From NCBI RefSeq assembly GCF_009914755.1, contig NC_060926.1: 64,000 nucleotides of DNA. One strand, written 5' to 3'. The notes below the pieces were generated by a model, which saw only the letters and a list, made by a program, of their open reading frames with translations, was not told the origin of the DNA and did no database searches. A program made the position numbers and the translations under genes. This document shows, piece by piece, positions 11,761-24,191 of this stretch. The stretch is from the human T2T-CHM13v2.0 reference genome, Homo sapiens. Every line of letters begins with the position of its first letter. Position 1 is the stretch's first letter.

Positions 11761-14700
11761 AGAGCCTTGTAACAGAGATTAAATGTCTGTTAGATGTTTG
11801 GAATTTCTGTCGGAAATCTTGAAGAATTTGATTGGAGTATGTTATTAGTAATACAGATAAAATAATATTTCCTGCAATAGCATATTGCTGCCATTTGTAT
11901 GGCCCTTGATTTCTCACGTTGCTTTTTCCCGAAAGGCTGAATTTATTAGGTGCTCTTTTTAATATCTTACCATTATCATTTATTAGATTTTAGTCATTTA
12001 TTATGTGCCTAGGTTTTCAGGAACAACAATAAGAAGTAAACCAAAAGTGTTTACTGATTTTATTTTGAAAATAAAATAATGAAAAGTGACACTTAGGCTA
12101 AAAAGAAGTTTTAAAATTTAGGTTTACACCAACTGAAAAACATGAAGAAGAAAAGGAAGGAAGAAAGAGATGGTAGAAAGAAAGGAAAGATGAATGGAAA
12201 AGAAAAACTACTACTTGTGGAATGCTCAGTGTATGCTAGATGTCTTCATTGGTAGCATTGCATTTACTTCTCAAGGATCAGGAGAGGCCATTTCCTTTTT
12301 ACAAAGGGGAAAAAAAAACTCCAAGAGGAGAATTTCTTGTACCCCTTCAGTTCGGTGGCATGCAATCTCTAATGTTAGCATTTATTAGGAAGGGGGAAAA
12401 AGGCGATGGAGTCCAGGTCTGGTGGTATTGACAACCTTCCAATTAAAGTGGCCTTTGAAGAAGTTTCAGTTGCTTCCTGTCATTTCATTAGAGACAAGGA
12501 TTGGGAACTCCATAAGGTTTCCACACTTGCACTTTTAAAACCAAAGGGGCTTACATTAATACAATACATGTGAATAGATCTTTTCTTCAAAATCTGACAT
12601 GTCACCTGGCTCCACAGAGAAGACAAACTCACACCTTATTGGGGGATGGTGGAATAGACTTTTGAAATTAGGAGAAATTGTATGATGTGTCATTAAATGC
12701 AATTTCTTTTTAAGAATTCTCTCATTGGTAATTATTCTTATTATGTAGGTGGACAGTCTCTTAATATAGATAAAGACCTTTGCAGCTGCTCTCATCGTCG
12801 GCCTCATGTTTAATATGCACTTTGTAATTAGTGTGGATGTAAAGCCCCACATTTGCAGTCAGCCTCCCTTTCTGTCAGATCGGTTTTTAATCTGGGCTAT
12901 GTTCAGCTGCGAAAGGCTGATAAGCATTTCTGAAATCTCTGTACATGACAAACAGCACTTTAATCTCGTCTTTCAATTTCCAGTGCACTCATTACACAAA
13001 TTCAGCTCAAAGAACCTTGATGCATGAAAATTAGCCTTCCTGGATGTGGTACAATTTCTTTTAACCTTTTCTAAAATACTCTGATCCTCCAGGCCATTCG
13101 GCCCAGGAAAATGTAGGCAGTGGCTTACTTGTAAAATGGGGAAAATGTATCCCCAAGGCCCATGAATGCTAAAGTTGAGCTAAATGTGAGCTATTTGTTT
13201 TAATTGAGGATGCGGGAAATGATTTCTTCAATTTTAACCTAATTTTCAGAGAATAAACATCATTACATAGAGATAAATTATATTTCCACGTAATACTTTC
13301 ATATAAGGAACTGTCAACTAGCCCAGCTGCCTGATGGAGCTTGCTCATTTAAACCCCAAGCCAATTAGCACCAATTTTCAATCAGTTATGTAAGTATTAA
13401 CCTGTTCCTCTCTGTATGTAATCTGTCAGTGAGCTGGCTTGGAGGAGATGAAATTCTTAAAGTGTCAAATTTCTTTCCTTAATATGTGCTTAGGTCTTTA
13501 TTTGCGTTACACCCTAAGCTCTGATTTCAAGCTTTCAAAGATAAAAATGTGTGAAATAGCTGCTATGCCTTGCTAGTCTCTAGAGATGGGTGGGGACTGG
13601 GGAGGGATATGTATGACCTGCTGAAAGATTCTCCAGTGGAAAAACTGAGCCTATCCTACAGGGAAGCAGGAATCAATTTTATCTTTCATTTGGCCGCACG
13701 TCCCACGTAATATTCCTTGAACCCAAATCACGTTGAATTGAGGACAAAAGATTCCTAATATATTTAACCCTGTTGGGATTGTTAAAAATAAAAAGAGCAT
13801 CTGAAATTATCAGGCAAAAAAGACAGATTATTGTATGTAAATAAACGCTTTAATAGAAGCTATAAACGTTTTTGGTGAGAAAGTTTTCGGAAATGACTGA
13901 AGGGCTTTTCTCTAAGTTTGAAGAGGAATAACTTGTCGCCCCACAAGCCCCTGCCTCACCCAAGCACAATACAAAGGCTACAGCTGAGCTCAGATCTTCA
14001 GGCCTTGGTTTAGAGATTTGCTTCCCCACATTTCGGCCATAACCTCTTCAACTATCCGTAGGCCAGGAGAAGTTTGGGAAAATAACCATGTTTTATGTTT
14101 AGGCAAGGTATTAAGCAAATCAAATTCAAGGTGTCGCATAAAGACAAAAGAATAATATTTATTCAATGACTTTTGTTGCCAGACCTTTCATTGAGATCGA
14201 CCCAGGGGATCTGTAAAACCCTTAATGAAGAATACAGCTTCTTTAATAGGAAGAAATATCTGTTCTCCTGAATACAACACAGGGATTTAAGAATGAAAAA
14301 TGGATAAAATGTGTGTATTCTCTTTATTTTTAGGAATACAGAGTCTGAGGCCTCACCATTTATTCACAAATAAGCCTAGTCTTCAGACTTTCTTGACGCA
14401 GAATTCTAAGCCTGGGACAACAGGCAAGGGCAGGAGAGAACTTTGGAGGAGGCTGGTTTGATGACACCACAGTAATTTTCTGTTTTCAAACCTTGTTGAG
14501 CTTTGTTCTTTTAGAGAACTGTCTTAAGGACTCCACCCAAAGGCAAGTTGTAAGAGACAGGTTTCCAGGGGGCTAGCTAAGTGAACAATTGCATTTAAAT
14601 TACAATATCTGTCACATTTGTCTACCCGTGTATGCAGAACTCTAATAAGGGAGGGGAGTAGATTTCATTTCTATAATGTCACTGGAGGCAAACAATAGAA

Positions 14701-15786
14701 TTTTTCACATGGTAGAATTTACTTTTTGTAATTGTAAAATTCTCTTTTAGTAATTCTAATGCTGGAGGCAACTGCTTAAGAAAAGGCCTGAGCTGCCTCC
14801 CAGAGTATATCACATCTCTGAGGACTCCCAACCTGAAAACAAGAAAGCAAGCACAAATTCCTGGGGATCCAGTCTTCTTCACCAAAGAACTTCCAATGAT
14901 TTGGCACTGGCATTGGCATTATGCCAATTGTATGGACATGTCAGTCCACCATGTTTACCCCACAGTCCAGACCAAAGCCATCTGCTAAGGCTGCCTTACC
15001 AACCCGTCAGTAGGTCCACCCTTGAGGACTCCAAAATAAGCCAGAGGTCACTCAAGTGAGCACCCTAGACCGCGATAGTTTGTTGATGTGCTGTGAGAAG
15101 TGGCCTGTAGGTTCTGCTCTCAGGTGATGGATACCACTCCCATGTGGTGTGGTTAACAACTTACAGGTTGGACTATCATCTGTTTCATTCAGTCATCCAT
15201 CTATTTAAGTAACATTGCTGAGTAGTATTCATATGTCTAGCACTGCCCTTCAGTGAGTGGAGAGTAGGGGGTGTATGCGTATGCAATGGTGTTTATCTCC
15301 ATGTTAACTTCTTCCAAGGAAGATCTACTCAAAGCTCAAAAGGTCAAGGAAGAATTTGAAGAGTGATAGTGTCTCTAGAAAGACCACATCTTTCAGCCCT
15401 AGAACACTGTATCGTCTATCATTTTTGTACTTTATTTATTATGTCTCAGCTGTTTTTAATCTGCTTGGAAAAAGGTGATGAATCTTTTTCCAAGTAAATC
15501 CAGTGGAGCTCTCTCGGACTCTTCAAGCCACTTTCATGTGTTAATTTAACAATGCTGTACTGAAATAGAGATACACAGATGAAGAAGGCAGATGTCTGTC
15601 CCTCAAGGACCTCTGAGTTTAGGGAGATAAATGCAAACATAAGCATTTAATTATGATACAACCAACATGTATGTCCTAACACAGCATTTCTCAAAATGGA
15701 TTCCATAGACTTTCCAGTCTTTTCCCTAAGGTGTGTGAATCAATCTGGGCCAGAGAGATCCAACTGTACTTAAATCTCAGTTCCAC

Positions 15787-16479
15787 TGTTACTGGTGGAA
15801 GAGATCTGAGTTACCCTGAGTTACCCCAGTGTATCCTTTGAGGTCCATAGCAACTTCAGTCCTTGTCTCCTCAGAAGAAAGAATTTGACTGAGAGGCGTA
15901 AGGTAGAAAAAGAGACTGAGGCAAGTTTCTGAGGAGGAGTGGAAGTTTATTTAAAAAGGCTTTAGAAAAGGAAAGAAAGGAAAATTCATTGGGAACAGGT
16001 ACCCGAAAGTCCAAGAGAGAGGAGAAGACAGCAAAAAAAAAAGGAGGTCTTTAAACTTGACCTTTGGATTTTATAGGTTCACCTCTTTCCCATGATTCTT
16101 CCCTTAGGGTGGGCTTCCTGCATGCACCGTGCTTTCCTTACCCTTTGGAAGTGAGCACACGCTGTGTGTTTAGGTAATTAAACCTATGCCCTTCTGAGGC
16201 TTTTTTTCATTCTTTTGGTGGTGTGTGCTCCCGGAACATCAGACTTCGCCATTTTGTCTCTTAATATGCATGCCCAAGAAGCTGCTTCTCCCTGGGGCCT
16301 GCATTCAATTAACGCTTTTAATGTTAAAAGGTGTGGACCATCAGGAGACAGTCCCTCCCTGGCTGCCAAATTATCATTTTTAGAGAGGCAATGCGATAAT
16401 TGCCAAACCATCACCCAACATTTCTAGTGGGTAGGGGGAGCACTCTCTCCTGCCTGCTCATGCCTGTCTACCTCTAACA
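15787..16479 (-). mobile_element. ERV1 solo LTR, MER50-like, inserted into a MIR
   Basis: TG...CA ends; perfect 4 bp TSD CCAC (15783-86, 16480-83); ctcctcagaagaaagaatttgactgag, cgccattttg (YY1), gctgccaaattatcatttttagagaggcaatgcgataattgcc; MIR sequence resumes after 16483. Confidence 0.85.
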
Positions 16480-16724
16480 CCACTACTCACTGCTCACAGC
16501 ATTACAGGCAGCATACTTTAGTTCCTGAGTCTTAGTGTTCTCCTTGTAAAATAAGGACGCTACTTGCTACTTTTGTTGTGGAAATTAAATGGTAAGGCAA
16601 CATGTAATGAATTGATGAATTACATTTCTTAGAGTGTGCAGAGTGCCTTATGTGTCTTACTTCAGCCATACAGTATTAGAATTGCCACTAGATATGGAAC
16701 AAAAAAAGCACAGGTATATAAATG

Positions 16725-17161
16725 TGTTAAAATGTATGGGAGGCCATTGTTTTGGAGTAGCCTCCTGCACTACATCCTTACAGATCAGACAAAACCAGAA
16801 TCTAGTCACTTGTGCTAAGTGCCAAGTAATCAAACTAAACTTTGAAACAGGCCAACTTCCCAAAAACAAGAGATTCGCAGTAACTAATCAGATGGGTCCT
16901 AGTTTTCCTGAGACAGTATGACAAGGAAGTTCTATTTCAACCCATTCCTTTATTTTAATGCCATAAGAAAAGTAACTTTGAAATGACCAATCCCTGTCCC
17001 TTGTTGCTGCTTCCTTCAGCCCTTTTCTGCCTATAAAACTTCCTCTGCTCAGCTCATTGGAGTATTCATTCGATTTTATGGAATAAGGTATTGCCCAATT
17101 TCAGAATCACAAATAAAATTAACTTCTTAAACAAAATTTGTTATAATTTTGTCTTTTGACA
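16725..17161 (+). mobile_element. ERV1 solo LTR, LTR37-like
   Basis: tgttaaaat...ggaggccattg...ctcctgcacta...aaaccagaat...gtcact.gtgctaagtgcca.gtaatcaaact; ends ttttgtcttttgaca. Confidence 0.75.
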
Positions 17162-17589
17162 AAAGTAAATACACTGATAGCTTACTTATGACAAAAGAGA
17201 GAGAGAGCTACTGTATACCACTGACAGAATACACCTATTATTAATTTATTCTCCTCTTTTCTTAAAAATGCCAACTTCCTGCTTAGGGATTCTTTCCATA
17301 CCAATCCAAATTCAACACATTTCCCTCTAAATTTAAACAGTTCAAGCTGGAACTGTTTTCCAAGCCCTTGGATGAATGACCCAAACTTCTGTTTTCAACA
17401 GAAGACTGCTTTTAAAAGTAAACATTGAATTGAGACTATCTCTCCATTAGTACAAGTTTTAATAAAAATGTAAAGTGGTTTGATTTCAGATATTTTGCAT
17501 CTGCTTTGGAGGCAAAGATTTGAATTTCATGATAAAATAAAAAAGATTTTGACATTTCATGATAAATATCAGCTCTTTTCAAATATATT

Positions 17590-18193
17590 ATTCTGTCCTG
17601 GAATAATGGCATTTCATTCAACATCATTTCCTTATAACATTGATGAGAAAAGAAATCCATTGCCAGCTGCGACCACTCCCTGTGGAGTTTGCACATTCTC
17701 CATATGTCTGCGTGGGCTTTCTCCAGGTAGTCCAGTCTCCCCCGTATCCCACAGATGTGCACCGTAAGTGAATTGGCATGTCTCCATGAAAGCAGACTGA
17801 TTGAGTGTGGGCGTGAGTGTCAATGTGCCCTGCAATGGGATAGTGTCCTGTCCGGGGCTGGTTCCCGCTTGGAGCCCTAAACTGCTGAGATAGGTTCTGG
17901 CTACCTGTGATCCTAAACTAGAATAAGCAGGTCAATAATTATCATTCTTGCTTTTATTAATTGTTCTTAGTCCTTAAATATTTGTATAGCCCACATTTAT
18001 TTCAGTGGTTAATCTGAGAAGTGTTTGGGGTCTTTATGAAGTGTGGTGATGTTTTCGTGATCAGAAATATGCCATAGAAGCTCAACTCTTGTTTATATCA
18101 ATTTGCCTGTGGTCGAATTGGTTTTGTTCTAAGTTGTTTTGCTTACAGTCAGTTTCGTAGAAGCTATGGACAACACTGAGTGAGGACTTGCTG
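17590..18193 (+). mobile_element. MER6A TcMar-Tigger element (contains V-SINE-like domain)
   Basis: ttataacattgatgagaaa...gtggagtttgcacattctcc...gtctgcgtggg...gccctgcaatgg...tgagatagg; ends gtgaggacttgctg. Confidence 0.85.
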
Positions 18194-20599
18194 TGATATA
18201 AACAGGTTGCCTTTGAAGAACAAGTAAAGGAAAAGGAAAGGAAAATCAAATTGGAGCATAATTCTGACTCTTGAGGTTGGCCCTAAGTTCAGATACACCT
18301 GTCAGGTAACCAGGGGAGGTATGGCTACTCTACCAAAAGAGCCGTACTGCTGCCAACATTCAGCTCTAGAATATATGGGCACCACTTTTCAAGAGCAATA
18401 AACAGTACATAAAAATACCACACATACATATCATTTCAATGCCTGGTGGATGCTTCGGTGTGCAGAACAGAAAAAGCAGGAGGTTGTATTAAATTAAAAT
18501 TAACTTGAATTAAACAAATATTCCATATTTCCTCAATCCTAACATGCCCTTGATTTTAAAACATGCTAAATATTTGGTGGCAGCATTTCTTGGAAAAAAC
18601 ATACATTTCAACATGAATATAAACAGAGTATTTCTAGTAACAAATCTAACATAGATTTCTCCACACAATTGCATGCCACTTTAATCTTTACTATTACAAT
18701 TAACCTTGATCCCAATATTTCTTCACCTTCAGGGTCTGTGTTTCTAAGTCACTTTTCACTATTGGCAGCCCTGGTTAGCATCATGCAGCAACTAAATACT
18801 ATGCTGAATGAGCCTTGGAAAATCTGTACCCTTCCCTGAGATTTGAATGCATAATCAGAGGCTCTTGCCCAGATGTTTCAGTACCATAGCCCCAACTACT
18901 TCATTCCCATTTATTTTCAACCTTAGTTTATTCTCTACTTCTCTGCCATGTAGAGTTTAGCTCTTAATTGGGTAGTATCTTGTAGAGTTCTTAATGTTTT
19001 CATGAGATAACACATATAAAAATGCTTTCAAAACTCTAAAATGCTTTATAATATCCATTCTTCTTATTTAAATGTGTACTCTTCTCCATCACCCTCTCAT
19101 CCTCCAAATTGAATTCTGCCTCAGAGCAGACTGTTGCCTGCCTACTTTATGTCCTGCATAGCATTAGAAGACCTCTAGTCCACTTAACATGGGCTTGGCA
19201 TATATTTTGTTACTAAAGCAAAGGGCTTAACAGTAAACTGATTAACAGGTTGGCATTTTTATTTTAAAAGTGGGTGGTGTAAATGTGCGGGGGAATTAGC
19301 TCTGGCAGCTTAGTTGCTTGTTCCCACACCCGATTTGACTTAGTTTATCCATATAAAAGAGAAGAAGAAATATAAAATAACCACCATTTCAGGATTGTGA
19401 GGATTTGTTCAAATCATCAGGCATAACACATCCTAGCTTGGCTCTGCAATCTGTGTGGGCTTTGCTGTGGCACTCACATAAGAGAACCATATGAGTTTAT
19501 TCTGCAAAATCTTTATAAGATAGAGTCCTCACCCACATTTCCTGTGAGTGTTTCTGTTTTCTGTCTCTTGCTTGCAATTAAAAACTGATTCTTAGAAAAT
19601 TGCAGGATTAGTCAGCAGTATTGACAGAAGGAAAAGATAAACACTGAAAGAAAAACCTACAAGAGACGTGTCTCAACATAATGGGGATAAATTGCTCCAA
19701 TTTTATCTCTGAAAACTGGTTCAAGAAACATTGGAAATCCATCCTTCACCTTCTAAAATTCTTTGATTCTCCTGGAAACAATAAACACCTTGAAAAGTCT
19801 GTCTTCAGTTCAACAGTTCCATAGGAGAAGCTGTCTAGTTTTTAAAAGAAAAAAAGAAAGAAAGAAAATATATATTCTCCATCCCTATAAAACAACCACA
19901 GATAATTTTATGTTTATGTTTCATAAGGGACTGAACAAGTTTAAGCAAAGCATGACTCTTTCTGTTTACTGCCACTATTTTCCTACAGTCATCTTTGATA
20001 GGTTGTAGGTATTTTCATATGAATCCTCTCCGAGTATCAAATGTGTTTTTGTAATTTATCTTGAGCAATAATAGTGGATCTTATAGCTATAGGCTATATT
20101 GCCTGACATCAGTACCCGTAAGTGACAAAATACAAATAAAAAACATTTTGCACAATGCATATGCTTTGAAAAGAGTGAGAGTGGAAAGGGCAAAGGCAAT
20201 GTGCCCGATAGGAGAATGTTGTCAACTACCAGTCAATTGTGCACATTGTTAAATTGAGTTGGCAACTACTGGATTCAACATCTGTTAAATCTGTTAATAG
20301 TATGAGTTGTTTCATTTTACTTATTCATATATTTAGTTCACGTTCATTTATTATGTAGGTAGTTATATCATCTAAAAATCTTACTTAATATGTTAGAACA
20401 TTTTAATATTTGTTCCTAAAGATTGCTCTAATTTAAAACCATTTCTGTCTAGCTCTGTCTTGAGCAACACTAAAAAAATAAAAACAAAACAAAGGCTAAT
20501 TACCTTTCTTTGGTTTAGTGAAGCCTCATGAACTTTATTCAGGTACAAAAGATAGAACAGCAGAGGTAAAATCCCTGTGTGAATGATGATTAAGTCAAG

Positions 20600-22200
20600 C
20601 AATACATTACCAAATATTTACTGAGTACATACTGTATGCTGGGCACTAGTTAAGATTTCAGGAAACAAAACAAAGTCTCTGCTCCCAAGAATCTTGTTTC
20701 GTGTATGAGACAGCCAATGAAAAAATAAAATAAAACAAAAACATTTAAAAGAGTACCCTGTAGTAATATTAAGTGCTACAAATAAGTTAATAAGAAAGGG
20801 AAAAAAATGGCTGTAGAAGGGAAGGTTTATAGTTCTTGTTTAGCTACACTGGCCTGGGAAAGCTTCTCTTGAGAAGGTATCATTTAAGCTGCATTTTGAA
20901 TATGGAGAAGGAGCAGTCATATGCTGGGAAGTCAATATTCCAACTAGTGTGTCTGAGAGTAACAAACAGGGGGAAGGGTACAGGGAGATGGCTTTGAGAG
21001 GTAACAAGTGCCAGATCATGTACGATGTGGGTAGATCACAGGCAAAAAAAAAAAAAAAATTAATTACTCAACTATAGTGAGATGGAAAAACTGTGGTGGG
21101 GGAGACAATTAGAGAAGGCCAGTCTAGAGATGAGATATTTGACTCTTGTAGAGTTCAAATTCAAAACCAGTACTGCAGGCAGAACAACTTATACTGATGC
21201 ATTGGATGTGAATTGGAAAGTGACAAATAAAATTGGAATTTTGACCCTAACAGCTAGATGGATAACATTACTGTTTATATAAATGTTGAAAACTTGGTAA
21301 GAAGAAGATTCTGGGGCTTGTATATGTGTGTGTGTTTGGCAAGGGGATCAACAGTTATTTTTTGGCCATGTTAAGTTTGTAGTGACTACTAGACCTCCAA
21401 CCAGAGATGTGAAAAAAGCAATTAAATGAGTACAGAGTACAGCAAGGAAGCTAGATTTAGAAAATAACATTTAAAAGTTACCATGATGGAATTCATTTTC
21501 AAAGTCAAGAGACTAGATAAATCACTTGGAGAGTGAATGTAGTCAGAGGAGATGGCCGGAGAGATACCTAAAGGACATCAATGTTTCAACAGTTGGAAAA
21601 GACCCTGAATTGAAGGAAGCAAAAGCTTCCTCTAAGCCTAGAGAAGAACTTATCTAGAAGAAAAGAATCAAGAGCCACTAGGAAATCAGGTAAAAGGAAG
21701 ACAAAAAAAAAATTAACCACTATCTTTGCAAAGATGTGTGTCACTGGAAATCTTAACACATTGAGCCATATCACTGGATGAAATGGGAATGTAAGCTTGA
21801 TATGAATTGGTTAAGGAGAAAATAGGAGGTAAATAACTGAAAACAGCAAATACATGCAGAACCTCTCTCAAGGGTCTTGCTATGGAGGGAAGTAGAGAAA
21901 TGTGGCAATAAAAGGATTTGGAGTCAACACCATTTACTGTTTATTTTAAGATCAGTGATATTGCACTCATGGTGGTGGGAATGATAAAAAGGTAAATAGG
22001 GAGAAAGTAACGATACCAAAGAGAAAAGGAAATTCTGCTGGATGAAAGCCACAGAGCAGTTATGAGGGCAAAGGAAGCAGGGCACAAGCGGAGGATTTGT
22101 CATAGATAAGAACAAGGCCAACTCATCTGCTGTCCCAGTAGGAAAGAAAGGCAGACTCGATGGGTGTAGGTGCAGGTAAACTGGTAGAATTGGTGGTAGC
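20600..22200 (-). mobile_element. L2 LINE, long degenerate fragment
   Basis: L2 3' end (caaatatttactgagtacatactgtatgctgggcact) followed by purine-rich L2 body motifs (gatgcattggatgtg, ttttggccatgttaagtttg, atctgctgt...ggaaag). Confidence 0.75.
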
Positions 22201-22358
22201 TCAATAACAAATTGTAATGGTGTTCTCTTTTAAATATGGCCATCAATTAAGTCTTTGGAAGTAATTGCTAGCTATAGATGAATGATCTTCATTGAAGGTG
22301 CAGTATAGCAGCTTTATAGTTGTTAAGAGAATGATAAAGGCAATAATCTATTCTCTGT

Positions 22359-22545
22359 GATATATATATATAGTTATATATAATTTATTATTTATTAAAT
22401 TTATTTTTATTAAATTATTCATTAAATTTATATTAAATTGTAGTTATATATAACTATAATTTATATATACTATATAAACATACATATTTATATATGTAGT
22501 TATATGTGTGTATATATATATACATAGAACTACAATTTAATGTTT
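22359..22545. repeat. AT-rich (TA)n low-complexity region with internal palindrome
   Basis: TA runs; aaattgtagttatatataactataattt is a near-perfect palindrome. Confidence 0.8.
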
Positions 22546-23964
22546 CCTATTGAAATTGTCTCTGTTAAATACACAGGTAGAAAAAAAGCAATTTTATAAT
22601 AGAAAGTAAAGAAAGCGAATTTATCTGCTTGAAATATATACGAAAATGACACCAAACAATATTGATTTTAACACGAACCTCCTTTATTGTCAGCAGACAC
22701 ATGTTCAAGGCTTCCACATTTTAATTTTTTTTTAATAGGGCAATTGTCAATTTGAATTACTCCATCCTGCTTTGCATAATAATTTACATGTTTATCCACC
22801 AAGAATGCTCTGATAAAGGACAATATCCCACGAGAGATGAAAAGGCTTGATTCTTGAATCACACTTTTGCATCCTTGAATAGCAAACCCCCTTTTCCAGC
22901 AGCAAAATTGTAGCATTGAGAAAGACAATGGACCCAGTCAGTGGTTTGTAGTTAATTTTTTACTATGAAATTCCATTATACAAAATTGCTTGGAGCAATT
23001 TTAGCCTACATCACCCCAGTTAAAACACATTTTTTGTTTTTTAACCATGAAGAATAATTCTTACCTAAAAGGGGGTGATCACAAGGAAGCTTTTATGAGC
23101 TCCCAACAAGAAAAGCCAAGCCACTTTCGAAGACAAAAAAAACTTGTTTGTTCACAGTTTTTATTTAACACACCTAGTAATTTTAATATTTACTGATATC
23201 CTTTACTTATCAAATAAAGATTTTGGTCTTTAGAGCTTAATGCTCTGCTGAGAGTTGCTGAGGGTTATTAGAGTTCTCTGAGATTTTATTTTTATCTCAG
23301 ACATAAAGTTGTCTGGGTACATCCTAAAAATACCATACCTCTCTTGATTTTTTCCTGCTTCTCTGTTAGTGAGGCATGGCCTGAGGCTAGGATAAACTCC
23401 CATTTAAACTACTTTATAATATGCCTCCCTGGTGTGCAGCTTCTCTGTGTTGCTTTCTCAATTTCTCCAAGCATAGCACATCAGAAAAGACCACATAAAA
23501 CCCTGGGAAGATGATCACATGTGGGTTAGAGATTGTTGGCATCCAAAACTTAGGCATGAGACTAGGAGTTGGAAATGCTTAAGGATTCCCATGACACTAG
23601 TGAAAATCCACTGTTAATACCTGCATTAATGGTTGAATGTCAACTCCAGTGGCCTTACTGTGGCTCCCACTAAGAACTGTCCGCATTGGCATCACCTTCC
23701 ACTGCTCATCCTTCCTTCCTGTCTACCTGCCTTTTTGCCCAGCCACAAGATGGTCACTTAGTTTGGATTCTCACAGGGTTCAGTTATCTTTTCCCAAGCC
23801 AAATGTTATTTCAGTGCTTTTAAAAGTATGTTTCATAGAGTGGTAATGTCTCATGGATGGGTCTCACAGTCACATCTGGGAAGTATTTTTTCAGCGTAAC
23901 TGGGAACTCTCCAATCTGGTCTTTTCAAACAGAGATCATCTCCGTTCCTTTTTATTTTGTAATA

Positions 23965-24191
23965 CAGATTGAGTATACCTTATCCAAAATGTTGGGATCA
24001 GTAATGTTTCAAAAGTTTTTTTATTTTGGAATATTTGCATTATTCTTACTGGTTAAGCAACCCTAATCCAAAACCCCAAATCTAAAATGCTCCAATATGC
24101 AATTTTTTCGAGCATGATGTCAGTGCTCAAAAGGTTTCAGATTGTGGAGCATTTTAAATTTCACATTTTTGTATTAGGGATACTCAACTTG
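23965..24191. mobile_element. Tigger4a/MER46A-type MITE
   Basis: TIRs cagattgagtataccttat / attagggatactcaacttg flanked by TA on both sides. Confidence 0.85.

Noticed and set aside
17590-18193. Fish V-SINE-like sequence suggesting horizontal transfer or contamination
   Set aside because: Known internal component of MER6/MER6A.
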